From the NCBI GenBank assembly GCA_976551045.1, contig CDPCPM010000025.1:5456001-5520000 (forward strand): 64,000 nucleotides of DNA. Reading direction: 5' to 3'. Below are positions 1-12,310 of this stretch, piece by piece. Position 1 is the stretch's first letter; each line of letters opens with the position of its first letter. This DNA comes from Glaucostegus cemiculus (Eukaryota). The notes beneath the pieces are model-generated. The model worked only from the letters and a program-made list of their open reading frames with translations, was not told the DNA's origin and did not search any database. The position numbers and the translations under genes were made by a program.

Positions 1-109
1 AGCCACAAGTGAAAGCACTATTAATAAAATGCTTTGGAGAAGAAATATGACTATAATATATGTAATTTTGCTAAGCTTCCTAATATTGAGCTAGTGGGAT
101 TAGCATAGA

Positions 110-260
110 CTGAGTAATAACACTGTCACCTCTGAGTCAGAAAACTGTGTATTCCAATCGCTCCCTAGAGACTTGAGCACAAAAAATTTAAGCTGACATT
201 TCTCTGCAGTACTGAACAAGACCTTCAGTGTTGGAAAAACCACCTTTTAGATGAGATATA
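110..260 (+). mobile_element. Degenerate tRNA-derived SINE (SacSINE1/Deu-SINE-like head)
   Basis: cctctgagtcag...gagacttgagcac...gctgaca...gcagtactga; related pieces near 27620-27770 (+) and 62830-63140 (-). Confidence 0.5.
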
Positions 261-1829
261 GAACATAAGAAATGGTAACAGCAGTAAGATAGACAGCTCC
301 TTGAACCTGCTTCAGCATTCAATAAGATCATGACAGATTTCAACACTGGCCTCAATCCCACTTTCCTACCTGATTTCCTATAATCCAAAATTCCAACATT
401 TTAGGCTTGAATATACATAATTCACAACTCTCTGGGATAGGTTAATTCCAAATTTCACAACCAGTCAATATCACATGGCTATTAAATAGCCATATGATTG
501 TATATAGCTATTGGTGGGACTCTGCTAAATGCTAGGTGCTAGTTCCCATATTAAAGTTGTATTAACATTTAAATAAAAAAGTACTTGGCTTAAAGTGCTT
601 TGGAAAACCTTGATGTTTGCTATGTAAATGCAAGATTTTTTACCTTTACATGTTTTAAGATGACAAAACAAACCTGGAAGAACTCTACATCAGTTGAAAA
701 ATTGGACACTTTGAATGAGCAGAAATCATTAGCAAGCAAGCTGCCATGGCAACAATGGCATAGTTCCTTCTCCAACAGCATAGTGAATAGTTAGTAGCTT
801 AATTTCCTATTTGTAAGACCCTAGAGGGGAATTTTGTTCAATATTTTCAAATAACTTATACAAAAGATAATGAGGAAAAAGAGTAATGTACTGTAACAGA
901 GGAAATAAAGCAGGAATGATTGTTTCAGAAGTGTGGCCATGTAAATGGGAAATAATTATATAAAAATCAGAGCTATTCATGTAAGCCTTTTATGAAAAAT
1001 ACAGGCTGTTTAAAAATAGCTTAAATTTATGTTAATGTATTTGGTCTCAATAAATGAATGGCAGGCTTCATTAGCTCTAGACACAGGATAAATAACACTG
1101 TCAGCCTGTTGACCTTTCATTCTAAATACAAACAGAAGATACTTCAGTTCAAATGAAAGGCTATTGACTGGAAATACTAACTTTGTTTGATCCTTCACAG
1201 ATGCTACCTGACAAGCTGAGTATTCCTAGCATTTTCTATTTATATTTCCAGCTAATGCAGTATTCTGTTTTTATTTAAATAAATAATACTAAACATTTTG
1301 GCTACTAACTTTTGACCTGAAAGAAGACCTAAAAAGGTCACAAGTAGTTGGAACTTTATTATAACAATGTTTAGATTGGTCAACTACATAGAGCTCAATG
1401 CCTAAGCTATCAACAAGTCTCAGCAAAATAATAGGATATACCAATACTTGCTCACCTGAATCCACCTCATCCTCCACCGCCCTCCCATGCTCACTTACTA
1501 TCTTGTGCATGCTTCCAGTTGGGATGGCCCAACAACAATTCTTCCAGGTGTTTCCAGGTTCACTGGCCAGCACAGAAAATGTTGAAGATGTGCCCTAAGA
1601 GGGTGAAAGGCTTGCTCTCAGAGATCTGATTTCCAGATGCGGCAATTCTTTATGGGACCTCTGATTGGCGCAAGCTGCTATGGCTCCTTTCCCTTGGACA
1701 TCAGTGACTATAATAATACAACTAAAGCTAACACCTTCAAGAATGTTTTCCTTAGATGTTTAGTTGAACTGCATAATTCTGGCAATTTCAAAGTTGTATT
1801 TGGAGTTTCTTTCATTATTGGGACATAAT

Positions 1830-2555
1830 TTAGATTTAAATGTAAGGGGGACATGATGAAGAAGTCTGCAGATGATGCATACATTGGGTGTGTGGTTGAA
1901 AGGGAGGAGGAAAGCGTTTGAGTTCAGAAAGATATACATTATCCGGTCAGCTGGGCAGAAAAGTGGCAAATTGAATTTGATCCTAAGAAGTGTGAGAGAA
2001 TGTATTTGGCAGTTGTGCAACAGGCAAGGGAATAAACAATAAGTTGAAAGATATTGAGTCGTATGCAGAAACAGAAGGAATCTATCTCTGCAGATCATCA
2101 AATGTAACATGAATGGTAGATTAGGTGGCTTGTTTACCTTTATTAGCTGAGGCACAGAATGCAAGGCCAGGAACGTTAGGCTTGGCATGCATACAACTCT
2201 TCTTAGGCTACAGTTTAACTACTGCGCTGGGGAGAATGCAGGGGAGATTTATAAGGAAATTGTAAGCACTGGAAAACCTCAGCTCTGAGGAAATATTGAA
2301 TAAGTTGGAGTGGCTTTCTTTGGAACAGTGGAGGCTGAAGGGAGACTTAAATGGGGCATATGAGTAGCCTAATAATTAGGAAGGTCCTATTTATCTTAGC
2401 TGAGGGGTCTAAGACCTGGGTGTTTGGATTAAAATAATTAGTAGAAGGATTAGAGCAGAGCCAAGGGAAGGTTTTTCACACAGAAAGTGGTAGAGGTTTG
2501 GAATTTGCTGCCTGAAATTGTGATAGAGGCAGAAATCCTTATCACATTTAAAAGC
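1830..2555 (+). mobile_element. Old CR1 LINE 3' fragment
   Basis: Decayed RT C-terminus (WAEKWQIEF..KC) and CR1 3' motif ttttcacacagaaagtggta. Confidence 0.7.
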
Positions 2556-3439
2556 ATGGAACTATTACGAACTCTCAATCAAGCCAGATTACATAAAAGA
2601 TTCATTAGTGGTATAACAGCATTGCTAACAAATACGGTATTAATTTTCTTTGCTAGGTGTTCTGAGGAAGCTGATGGTAAGCCTTGCTCTTGAACCTCTG
2701 TGGTTGTCCAATAGCTAAGCCCAGGAGAGGAAGCTCTGCTCTACACACGTATGGCAATCAGGACCAGGAATTCTGCCTTAATTTTCTCTTTGATGTTCCA
2801 GGGACATTAAAGCAAGTTTTAGTATGACTATTACAATTGTGATTGTGACCAACTAATTCATCAAGGGGTGGTCAAAAACATGGGATCTGCTGTTTTGGGA
2901 TGGTTTGGTTCCACATATCAGTGGCACACCTAGAGCCACTATTAACTTATCATCAAATTATAACTAGTGCAATGAAAACCAACTGGGTCAGACAAACAGT
3001 AGTTGGTCTCTCTTCTCATAAGGAACGGTGCTGAGGGAAGACCTAATATAGGTCTTCAAAATGATTATGCTTTTTGATAAAGGGGATAAAGAAAGAATAT
3101 TTCCACTTGTGAGGAAGAGCATAACTAGAAGCTATCAAAATATGATTATAATTTGGTCACTAAGAAATCCAATTGAGTATGTGGAACTTACTGCCATAGG
3201 AATTGGTTGAAATGAAGAGTATAAATACACTTAAGAGAAGGTAGGATGTGCATATGTGGTGGAATGGAATTATAGCTTACCTTGATAGATTTATGTGAGG
3301 AACGGTGGGAGTAAACTTGACTGGAGCATAAACATCAGCATGGAATAGGGCCTATTGTGCTGTTTCTGTGCCACATATAGCTGAAGTAATCTGATGTACT
3401 TGAATGATTATTTAGATTTCTGCTGAAAGTTAAACTTAC

Positions 3440-3648
3440 TATTATGTCTCCCTGTTTCACAAACTGCAGTCGGACCTGGAACACCGACATATCCAGCAGA
3501 TAGATGAAATCACAGATATAATCTACAGTTAACCAGATGGAAAGAAGCTGTGGTGTCTGATACTTGAAAGCCCAGCGAATGGGAATAAACCAGCAGTTCC
3601 AGTTCCAGGCAAGCACCACAAAACACATCCATACTGTGTAAAGCTGAT
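3440..3648 (-). CDS. CNGB3: CNGB3 coding exon 6 (S1-S2 transmembrane segments, DQLYTVWMCFVVLAWNWNCWFIPIRWAF...RLQFVKQGDII)
   Basis: Clear CNG beta-subunit motifs (WNWNCW, RLQFV..GDII). Acceptor tttcag, donor ATA|GTAAGT, 209 nt, phase 1 to 0. Confidence 0.95.
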
Positions 3649-4377
3649 CTGAAACACAATATTAGAACAATAATTAGAACAAAAGATAAAAATTAATATT
3701 TCAAAACAGTAGTAATATTTTGAACTTAAGTTTTCCAGTTGTTCATACTAAAGTGTTACAAATTTCAGTGTCCATAGCCTAGATTTTAACTTCTTTGAGT
3801 GGTCAGGTTTGTGAGTGCTCAGAGTTTAAACGGCCTTGAAATGGTACTGTGACAGGAAGTCATATCCAACCCATTGGTTTCCATGTCAACTGTAACAGAC
3901 ACTTTGGGAAAGAAAATTGCTAATTTCATGGAAGGCCCATTAAAAGCAATATTAATCAAAATGGGTTTAGTGAGAGCACACAGGTTTCCAGAGCTTTTAG
4001 GAACTTGTCAATAAAAGCATTACTGTAGAGGCTGAAGAACTGAAGGACAAATCTGTCAATGTATTGGATCTTCACAGCTACTATATTGAATTATTCTGTA
4101 AAAGGTTTTGTTTTTAGGACTCATTGTAATAGGTTATTTCAAAATCATTGGGGCAAGTTCCGTGGAAACTGGAGCTAAGTTTACAGTTGAGTTTCCACTC
4201 TTGTGAGGTACTAACTATGAACTGCACTTTTTAATTCTAATTCTTGACAGCAACATGGATACTGCTTAAGATTCTGTTGTTTAGAATTTGGAGGAGGATC
4301 CTGAGAAACATCAGCAGAAGCTTCACAAAGGGGAAGCAACTTGCTTCTTGCATTCAGAGTCAGAGTGTGATAGTACT

Positions 4378-4680
4378 ATAGAGCACTGAGTCTGCACCAA
4401 CCATCAAGTATCCATTTACACTAATCCCATTTTATTCTGCCCACATTCCTACCACTCTATCACTCACCTGAAAAGTAGGGGCAACTTACAGTGGCTGATT
4501 AACTTACCAGCCTGCACTTCTTTGGCACGTGGGAAGAAACGAGAGCACCCAGAAGAAACCCCCACACAGTTATAGGCAGATGAGCTAACTCCACACAGAT
4601 AGTACCAGAGGTCAGGATTGAACTCAGGTCACTGGAGCTGTGAGACTACAGTTTTATTAGCAGCACCACTGTGCCACCCA
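4378..4680 (-). mobile_element. V-SINE (HE1-like), near full length
   Basis: Minus strand has a tRNA head with A box (gtggcacagtgg) and B box (gagttcaatcc), V-domain (gtgtgggggtttcttctgggtgctctcgtttcttcccac) and CR1-like tail. Confidence 0.8.
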
Positions 4681-6319
4681 ACTGCATAGGAGGAAATGGA
4701 TTATGGAGAGGCGCACGTTGTAGGAGGTCTTGCCTTCCATATAACATGTACGAATGGATGATGAGCCTCTTTGAAACATTTGAATGTGAGAATCTTGAGG
4801 GCTTATGTGATCACAGTGTTTGATACTCAATTAAATTTTGCAGTCTTTCCATGGAAATGATGCCAGTCATGCTTGAGATGGAAAATGCTGGAAATACTCA
4901 GGAAGCCAAGCAGCATTTGTGGAAAGAGAAACAGAATTAATACTTGAGTTTGATGACTTCTCATTAGAATTATGAAAAGTTAGAAATCAAATATGATTTA
5001 AGTTGTGGAGAATGGAAAAGAGTGGAGAGAACATAGGGAATGTCTGTAATAAGGCAGAGACCTATAGAGACTGAATTACACAAGTTGATGCGGTGAAGTC
5101 TTGTTAATCGCAATTCATTTGTGTGGAGGAAGTGTAAATAGGAGGAGCTGAATGGCAATGATGCAGAGAGAGAAAAAAAATCTGTTCTCTCCATCCTGCC
5201 ACATACCCTGTGGCTACAACAATTTAATTCCTAATTTCCTAGATCTGATGAAAAGTCAGCCATCTGAAATATCAGCTCTGTTTCTCTATCCACAAATGTT
5301 GCCCAATTTGATGAGTAATTCCAGCTTTCTCTATTTGTTTTTTTTTCAAATAAGATAATTAAACTGTTTCTGGATCTGAACCCTGCATTATGGGGTAGGG
5401 GGTGTCTAGCTCTGTAGAGGTGGGAGTAGGGAGCACTCTCCTGCTACCATTGTAAAGCTTTGCCACTTTGTTAAACTCCTGTCCCCTTGGTCTTTCTGAC
5501 TGGCTTCTTTCCAGCAGGAAAGAATAATACATTCTTCTTGTCTTAAATAGCTCCCAAATATGACTTCAAGCAAGGAGTCACTGAATCTAGGGACAACTTT
5601 TGTTTTACCCACATGGGTTGCTATGCAGCCAACTGAAGAATCTGTCAAACAAAATGCTTGCAATATAACTTTAAGCTGAATTGAGTTGTGCATGTTGGCT
5701 GTGGGAATATGGAAATAAAATGTTAATAGAGCCCCTGGGTTAAAAATAAACTGAAAAATGTGCTGCAAAAGTTTCTGGGTTTCCCATATCCCACCAACCC
5801 ATCCATGCCACACCTTACATTGTAATGTTAAAGTTCAGCCCAGAGTATTGACAAACTTTGATTTTCATTGCTATTTACAATGCAGCCTGCAGGTGGTGCC
5901 TGTGGCACAGAGTACATGGCAATACACAACCACAATCACCTCCTGTGGAGATAAATATTCTAGTTTGTGAGTAGCATCTATATATCAAACAGCCAACTGC
6001 ATCCGATTTGCTCTTACTATATTGCTGCATTGTTTATTCAGTTATCTCACCCAGCAGAAACAGCTGATGTTCAGTTTAAAATTTGTCAAGTAGTTAATGA
6101 GTTACTTAGATATCTGTATTTCTGAACAGAGCAGTTTTTGGGTAGAACTCTGTAGTTTGACGATTTGACATGCAAGCAAGTCTTTAACTCACTTCCTTAG
6201 GTACATTGATAACCTGCTTCTGCACAGCACACTGCTGCTTTAACAAAGGCCTCCCTTCTCACTGTACACCACCTGCCAGAAACCCACCATTACTCCCTGG
6301 TCTGCTCATTCTTCCCCAC

Positions 6320-7450
6320 CCATCCCTCTCTGGCCCTGGTAGATCCCCCTGCACATGCAGGAAGTGCAACATCTGTTCTTACACCTCATCCCTCACCACC
6401 ATCCAGGGACTTAAACAGCTCTTCCACCTGAGGCAAAGAATCACATGCACTTCCTCCAACTCCATCTTCTGCATTTGGTGCTCCTGATGTGGCCTCCTCT
6501 ACATTGGCGAGACCAAATGCAGACTAGGAAACAAACTTGCAGAATGCCTGTCCTCTGTCTGTAATGGCCATCCAGAGCTCCCAGTTGCATCATATTTTCC
6601 TTTCCATTCCCACACTGGCTTCTCCGTCTGCCAGGGTGAGGCCCAATACAAACTAGAGGAACAACGCCTCACATTCTGCCAGGGTAGCCTACAACAGTAA
6701 GAACACTGAATTTTCCAGTTTCAGGGAACCCTCACCTCCGGTGTGTTTCCCTAACATACCTCCCTCCCCCACCCCACCCCACCCCACCCCACCCCACCTC
6801 ACCCCACCTTACCTTATGATCTTCTTCCAGTCCTCCCATTTTTGTCCGCTTTCCCATACCCTCATCCAACCCCATTACCCATTCCCCTTTCCCATACCCT
6901 CCTCCAGCCTCATCACTCACTTTCTGTTTCCATCTCCCTCCTGGTTTCACCCACCTACTACCAACACATTTTGCCCACCAGATTCCTCCCCCTCCGGTTC
7001 CATCTGCCCTTCACCTCTTCCCTAATGGTTCCCATTATCACCTACCTTACTTGTCCGATTTCAGCACTGGTAACTGTGTTCCTGTTTATCAACCTTGAGC
7101 AGCTGTCTTCAACTTCACCCTCCCCTCCTCCCACCTAAATCCATCTGCTTTTGTTTTACTTTGTCTATCTCCAATGATCCACCTATCATCCACCTGCCTC
7201 TGTCTCCCAACTCCACCCCTCCCCTCCCCTCCCCTACTTGGCTCCATCTGCTCGTCATTCTTCACCCCTCCTCGGTCCACCTATCACTCACTGGCCCTTG
7301 CCTCACCATTCCCTCTCTCCTCATTTTACTGACTATCTCCCCTCTCCCACCTTAGTCCTGCGGGGTTTCAATCCAAAAGGTCCATAATTGCTTTCTGCTC
7401 ACTGATGCTGCTTGACCTGTTGAGTTCCTCCAGCAGATTGTTAGTTGCTA
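6320..7450 (+). mobile_element. Penelope-like retroelement 3' part (GIY-YIG endonuclease remnant plus pyrimidine-rich terminal repeat)
   Basis: Translates CIWCS*CGLLYIGETKCRLGN at about 6470-6533. Ends in gatgctgcttgacctgttgagttcctccagcag, shared with many short copies. Confidence 0.8.
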
Positions 7451-8497
7451 GAAACTGGGTCTTGCAGAACCTCCTTGACATGTTGAAAGGCAGTCTGGTG
7501 ATAGTGTCTCATATCATCTCCTGTTGTTGGCGATAGAAATGCTACTTCTCCCCTCTCTTTGACTGCACAAAACTCCCAGCCCATAGATTTTACTATGGGT
7601 TAAGCTTGTTATTATTTTTCGTGCATATTGCTAATGACCTGTTTTAGCACAGATTCTACTTGCGCTCCTGTTTCTGGGACCACAGCTGGAGGACCAAGAG
7701 GTGACTGTGTACTGGGGATAAAATTTGCAAGGATATTCAATATGGATTCTGCCATTGGTGAGTCTTCACCATAGGTAATACTTGAAATCGAATTTCAGAG
7801 CTTCTTTCTCACACAAAAGCACAGAAAAACTTCTATAGTGAAGAAACATAACCCACATTGGATCTAAATCCAAAATGGCTAAGCTTTTTGATTTTATTAT
7901 TTAGGAAACATTTGGGGATAATATCAAAATGTCATAGACAGAGAAAGACCCATTTGCCATGTTCACAATGTAAATAACTTCCCATCTCACTCTTCAAACC
8001 CCTAAAATAACTGCAAGTGTCATAAAATGCATTTCCCCGTTGTAATCCTAACCACTACTGCCACCTTTATACATTTGCCATTTTTGATCTCCTTGGATAT
8101 TAAAATTATTTCACAAGACCCAGTTGTTCCATGTTTATAAGGTAGTCTTTGGCCTCCATATTTGCAGTGCTAGAATGTCACATGGTTCACAGAGCACTTG
8201 AACATTTCATACCGAAATAGCTTTATAATATGACCTAAACATGGAAAAAATATGAATACTGTATTATTAGCCCACCTGAAATATATCTTTTCTGTCTTCC
8301 ACATCAAAGTATAGGCCATAAAAATCCAGGCTCTACACCAGATTATGAGTGATCAATGCCCCTGCCAGACTGCAGCAATTAGGGGAAACTATAAATTTGG
8401 GCAACATTCATTTTTTTTCATGAATCAGATTAACTGGGGCAAAATTTGATTTATCACTCAATCTGCAGTTCAAAACTGTCTTGGATTAACAAGTTAC

Positions 8498-8692
8498 CTG
8501 AATATGTATCAATACTTTTAGGTATTCTTAACTGCTGTAGAAACTTTTTGATTGGAGGCCTCTTGAATTTACAGCCAATCATGTCACAGCAAATTTCCTC
8601 CTCCAATTTGGCCTCATCTTTTTCCTCTTCTTGTTTCTCTTCCTCCTTTTTATCTTTGTCTTCCTTTGGTGGAGGTGGTTTTTTGACAGGTG
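8498..8692 (-). CDS. CNGB3: CNGB3 coding exon 5 (PVKKPPPPKEDK...CCDMIGCKFKRPPIKKFLQQLRIPKSIDTYS)
   Basis: Acceptor ttgcttag, donor G|GTAACT, 195 nt, phase 1 to 1. PKSIDTYS|D matches CNGB3 PNSIDSYT|D. Not listed in the ORF track. Confidence 0.92.
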
Positions 8693-10136
8693 CTAAGCAA
8701 TAAAGGAAATACAGATAGCAATCTTAAAAGTTGTTTCCTTCAACTTTCTAGTTATGAAATGTTTTGAAGTCCAGTTAACTTCAAAATTTGTTGTCAGTTT
8801 TCAAAGCCCCTGCTTAGATAAAAAAATGTAATTTCACATTCTTTATCAGTATAATTAAAAATAATCAGCTATTAGTGGATCTTCAGTAGGACACAGTTGA
8901 CATTTTAAAGAAATTCAATCCTCAAATTAATCCCTGGTGACCATGTGCAAGAAACCAATTAATTATAAATAAATGTTCAGCATTCTTATTGTGATGAGCA
9001 TTAAGTATCGGGAGGGTCAGAGCATCACTTGGTAGTTATCACATGCCAGGTGTTCTTAACAGGCTACTTAAAACTATCCTCTAACTGAGGAAAAAGAATT
9101 CATGGCTACAGACAAAATGAAAGATTGCCTTCTTTCAGCATGATAGCATAATACTGTGGATCCAAAATAAAAATTCTAGAAGTACTCAACATTTCTTGCA
9201 GCTTCTGTAGAGAAAGAAATTGAAAAGGATTCAGGTTCATGATCTTCATTCCAAACTATAAACATTATAGGTTCCATCTACTCCCAAAAAGGGCTTTTGT
9301 TCCTTTCACTGGTGCAATTGAAGGGTCTTGTTGGCAAGGGTAGTTGTTTTTTTGGAAGCACTTCAATAAAGACCAATATTGAAGTATCATGCTTGAAAAT
9401 GTCAGAATGCATTACTCTCAACTTATCAATAAATTAAGCATTGTGGCTATTGTTTTGCAATTATTTTTTTCATAATAAATTAATCTCTCCTCTTTATTCT
9501 TGGAGGAAATTTTCACTCAAGTTTCCATCTCATGTTGCTCTATCCTTCATTATATTGCTGGGCTGGAATCATTACATTTTTCAATAAATCTCCTATTATT
9601 CAATTAACAGGTAGATATTTACCACTTGCCCCCAAGATGTACTGCAGGTATTATTTTTTTAAAAACAGTCAAAAGTTCAGGGAGGTAGTTTAGAAATTAA
9701 GACATGTAACTTCTGTCAATGGACTTGCAACTATGTAAAATCAATTGTGGTACTTCCAAATGTGTAATGCAGTTTGATACCTGCACTTCTGTGCACAGGA
9801 TTGGCTGGCACATGAAGCGCATAAAGCATAGAGCACACATGGGTGGCATCAATCCATGTGCATCATCCATTTGAAGTCTCCCCTCTGCTTGATAGCACTG
9901 TCAATGACACCTTCCATATATTAGAACATTTGTAACCAAAACTGGTATGATGAAAAGAAACCCAAAACAGAAGACAACAATATTATGATCTCTGAACATT
10001 GAAATATTTCCATACAAACATTATCTCTGGACATACTGCTAATAGGTTTACATGATTAACTGTCATAGTAGATTAATGTTTGCATGCTATGAAATCCATT
10101 AGGAACTGGATCGTTGCCTCTAATAATAGAACTTAC

Positions 10137-10303
10137 TGGCTGGTAGAGTTTCGTCTGAGGAAGAACCATCCTGATCAAACAATTTTTCTTTGTACAAAGA
10201 TGTCCTTTCCCGCATACGTATCACCAAACTTTGGAGCTGTGCATCAGCAAAATCACTGGTAAAGACGATTGGTTGTTGCTCACATTCACTGCTGAGTGAA
10301 TTG
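10137..10303 (-). CDS. CNGB3: CNGB3 coding exon 4 (..FADAQLQSLVIRMRERTSLYKEKLF.., N-terminal calmodulin-binding helix)
   Basis: Matches recalled human CNGB3 [24 protein letters not shown]. Acceptor ttttgcag, donor A|GTAAGT, phase 2 to 1. An in-frame alternative acceptor would start the exon at 10291. Confidence 0.92.
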
Positions 10304-11399
10304 CTGCAAAATACCAATATTTATGGAGTTAAACATTGAACTAACTTTTGTAATAATTCATCAGTTATTCAGCAAGCTATTTTGAAAACTCAATGAGCAG
10401 GCTATTCATTAGTTTAATTATTAGCTTTGTGGTTATGTGCATACGATTACTGGAGGGGTGAAGTGGATGTTAAACTGAGTGTAGGAATTTTATAAATTCT
10501 CAAATGTTTTAATTCTGGTTCCAAAAGCATGTCAACAGTTTATTTTGAAACAAGGTTTGCAAAGCAGGGAAGGTGGCAGTTCTTGTAAGAAATACTATGT
10601 TTTAAAATATAATATATTACATTATTTTCCTAAAACAAATTATGGGAACTAGTTTTCCATTGCCCTATGTTTTAATTGTGATTTTATCTCAATAAAAGTA
10701 GCCAAAACCTGCCTTATATTATCAAAGGGAGGGATGCATATAATGCTTATGAAACTTTTATAAAAACATGTTACAAGGTTTACCAAATAGGGTGGCTAAC
10801 CATGATGAAAAAGGTAAGTGTTTGGATTATTTTGCTTCACTTTAAAGTTTTTAATTATGTATTGATATTTTAATGTAAGTACAATTCTCCTCAACAAATG
10901 CAATGTTTTCAATACATTTAAACTGGTTCATTTTCAAGTGGTTATTAACCAATGAGAAAGCAACCTCAGAAATTCAGCATCTCCTCAATTTAACATCTGT
11001 ACAGCAAAAATGTGGGGTTATATAGTGGATTTTTAAAGAGCTTTTAAAAATAATTATTCAGTTCTTTAAAAAAAATGTATGTCAGTGATGCAAATTGGAT
11101 TTTGATAATTTTAACATAAGTACCCCAAGGTGTTATATGCAAACTGACTTCTGTTGAAGTTAGTCAACTTTTAAATTAAGCTCTAATTTTAAGCAATCCA
11201 AATGTTATTCTTGCTCAAACAGTAAGCCCTTGGGTCCTTGACAAACAAATAGCGTTATCTAAAGGCACAAATTCCATTATGCCAGATTTAAAGTGGAAAA
11301 TGAACTAAAGATGGAGAGGGGACAATTTTTTGATTCCCAAAATACATGGGTTGAGATAGGTGTGATGAAAGATGAAATCAATTAAAAACTGAAAAGTGT

Positions 11400-11980
11400 T
11401 TCTACTCTGAATTAAACTTGTTTCTGGGAGGTGAACAGGGAATAGACAACCAACCATTTCCCAGCAATTGGATTGGCCATTTAATCTTTATAACCTGACT
11501 GGAGATAACATGGTTTCTCCCCAGGATCAGTTTTAGGATCACTGCTCTTTAATTAATCAATTAATTGATTAATTAATAATAATTTAATTAATAATGCTCA
11601 TTAATGACCTGGAGTTGGGCATGGAGCACATAATTCCAAAATTGCAGATGCATGCAACTTGAGCACTGTAAATGAAGCTAAATGTAGAGAAATGTGAAAT
11701 GACATATTTTGGTCAGAATAATGACAGGATACAATGCAATCTATCTGGTAATATTTTAAAGGGGTGCCAACATCTAGGATACATGTTCACAAATCTTTCA
11801 ATATAGCAGGATTAGTTGAGAAGATTGCTAAAAGTCAAATTTGATCCCTTGTTTTATTAATAAAAGCAGCAACGTGAAAAGAAAGGGCATTATGGTAAAT
11901 CTTTATAAAATACGAGTTTGCCCTCAGCTGCAGTATTATGTTCAAGTTTGGGCCCCACTCTTCCGTAAAGGTCTCAGTTA
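11400..11980 (+). mobile_element. Old CR1 LINE RT fragment
   Basis: PQDQF/GSVLG-like segment ccccaggatcagttttaggatcactg, attaatgacctgg, and cagctgcagtattatgttca. Confidence 0.65.
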
Positions 11981-12007
11981 TATAGAGGGCAAAGAACAAA
12001 TATAGCA

Positions 12008-12310
12008 GAGACACAAGAGAATGCAGATGCTAGAATCCAGAGTAAATAACAAACTACTGGAGGAACTCTGCAGGTAACCAGCATCCATGGAGGCAAAGGG
12101 ATAGTCAACATTTCAGATCAAGACCCTGCATTAGGACTGAGAGTGTAAGGGGGAGTAGCCATTATAAAGAGGTGATGGGGACAGATCAAGCAGGAGCTGG
12201 CACATGATAGGTGGATCCAGATGGGGAGGGGTTGATGGGCAGATGGAACCAGGTGGGGCAGAGAAGGGTGAAGATAGTGACAGTGGTTGTGAGGTGATAA
12301 GTGGAGTCAA
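12008..12310 (-). mobile_element. Penelope-derived terminal-repeat copy
   Basis: gagacacaagagaatgcagatgctagaatc...ggaggaactc...gcatccatggagg; reverse-complement homologue of 7100-7450. Confidence 0.7.

Noticed and set aside
1730-1790. Possible CNGB3 exon 7 (..HLRKTFLK|gtgtta on the minus strand)
   Set aside because: No suitable acceptor at the expected distance and poor similarity; exon 7 probably lies outside the window.
3335-3628. Calling the channel gene CNGB1
   Set aside because: The S1-S2 exon looks CNGB1-like, but exon 4 (ADAQL..LV.RMR.RT.LYK), the short N-terminus of five upstream exons with no GARP region, and adjacency to CNBD1 favour CNGB3.
6732-7355. Pro-rich and Gly-rich ORFs and (CCCCA)n
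   Set aside because: Low-complexity pyrimidine tract of the Penelope terminal region, not a gene.
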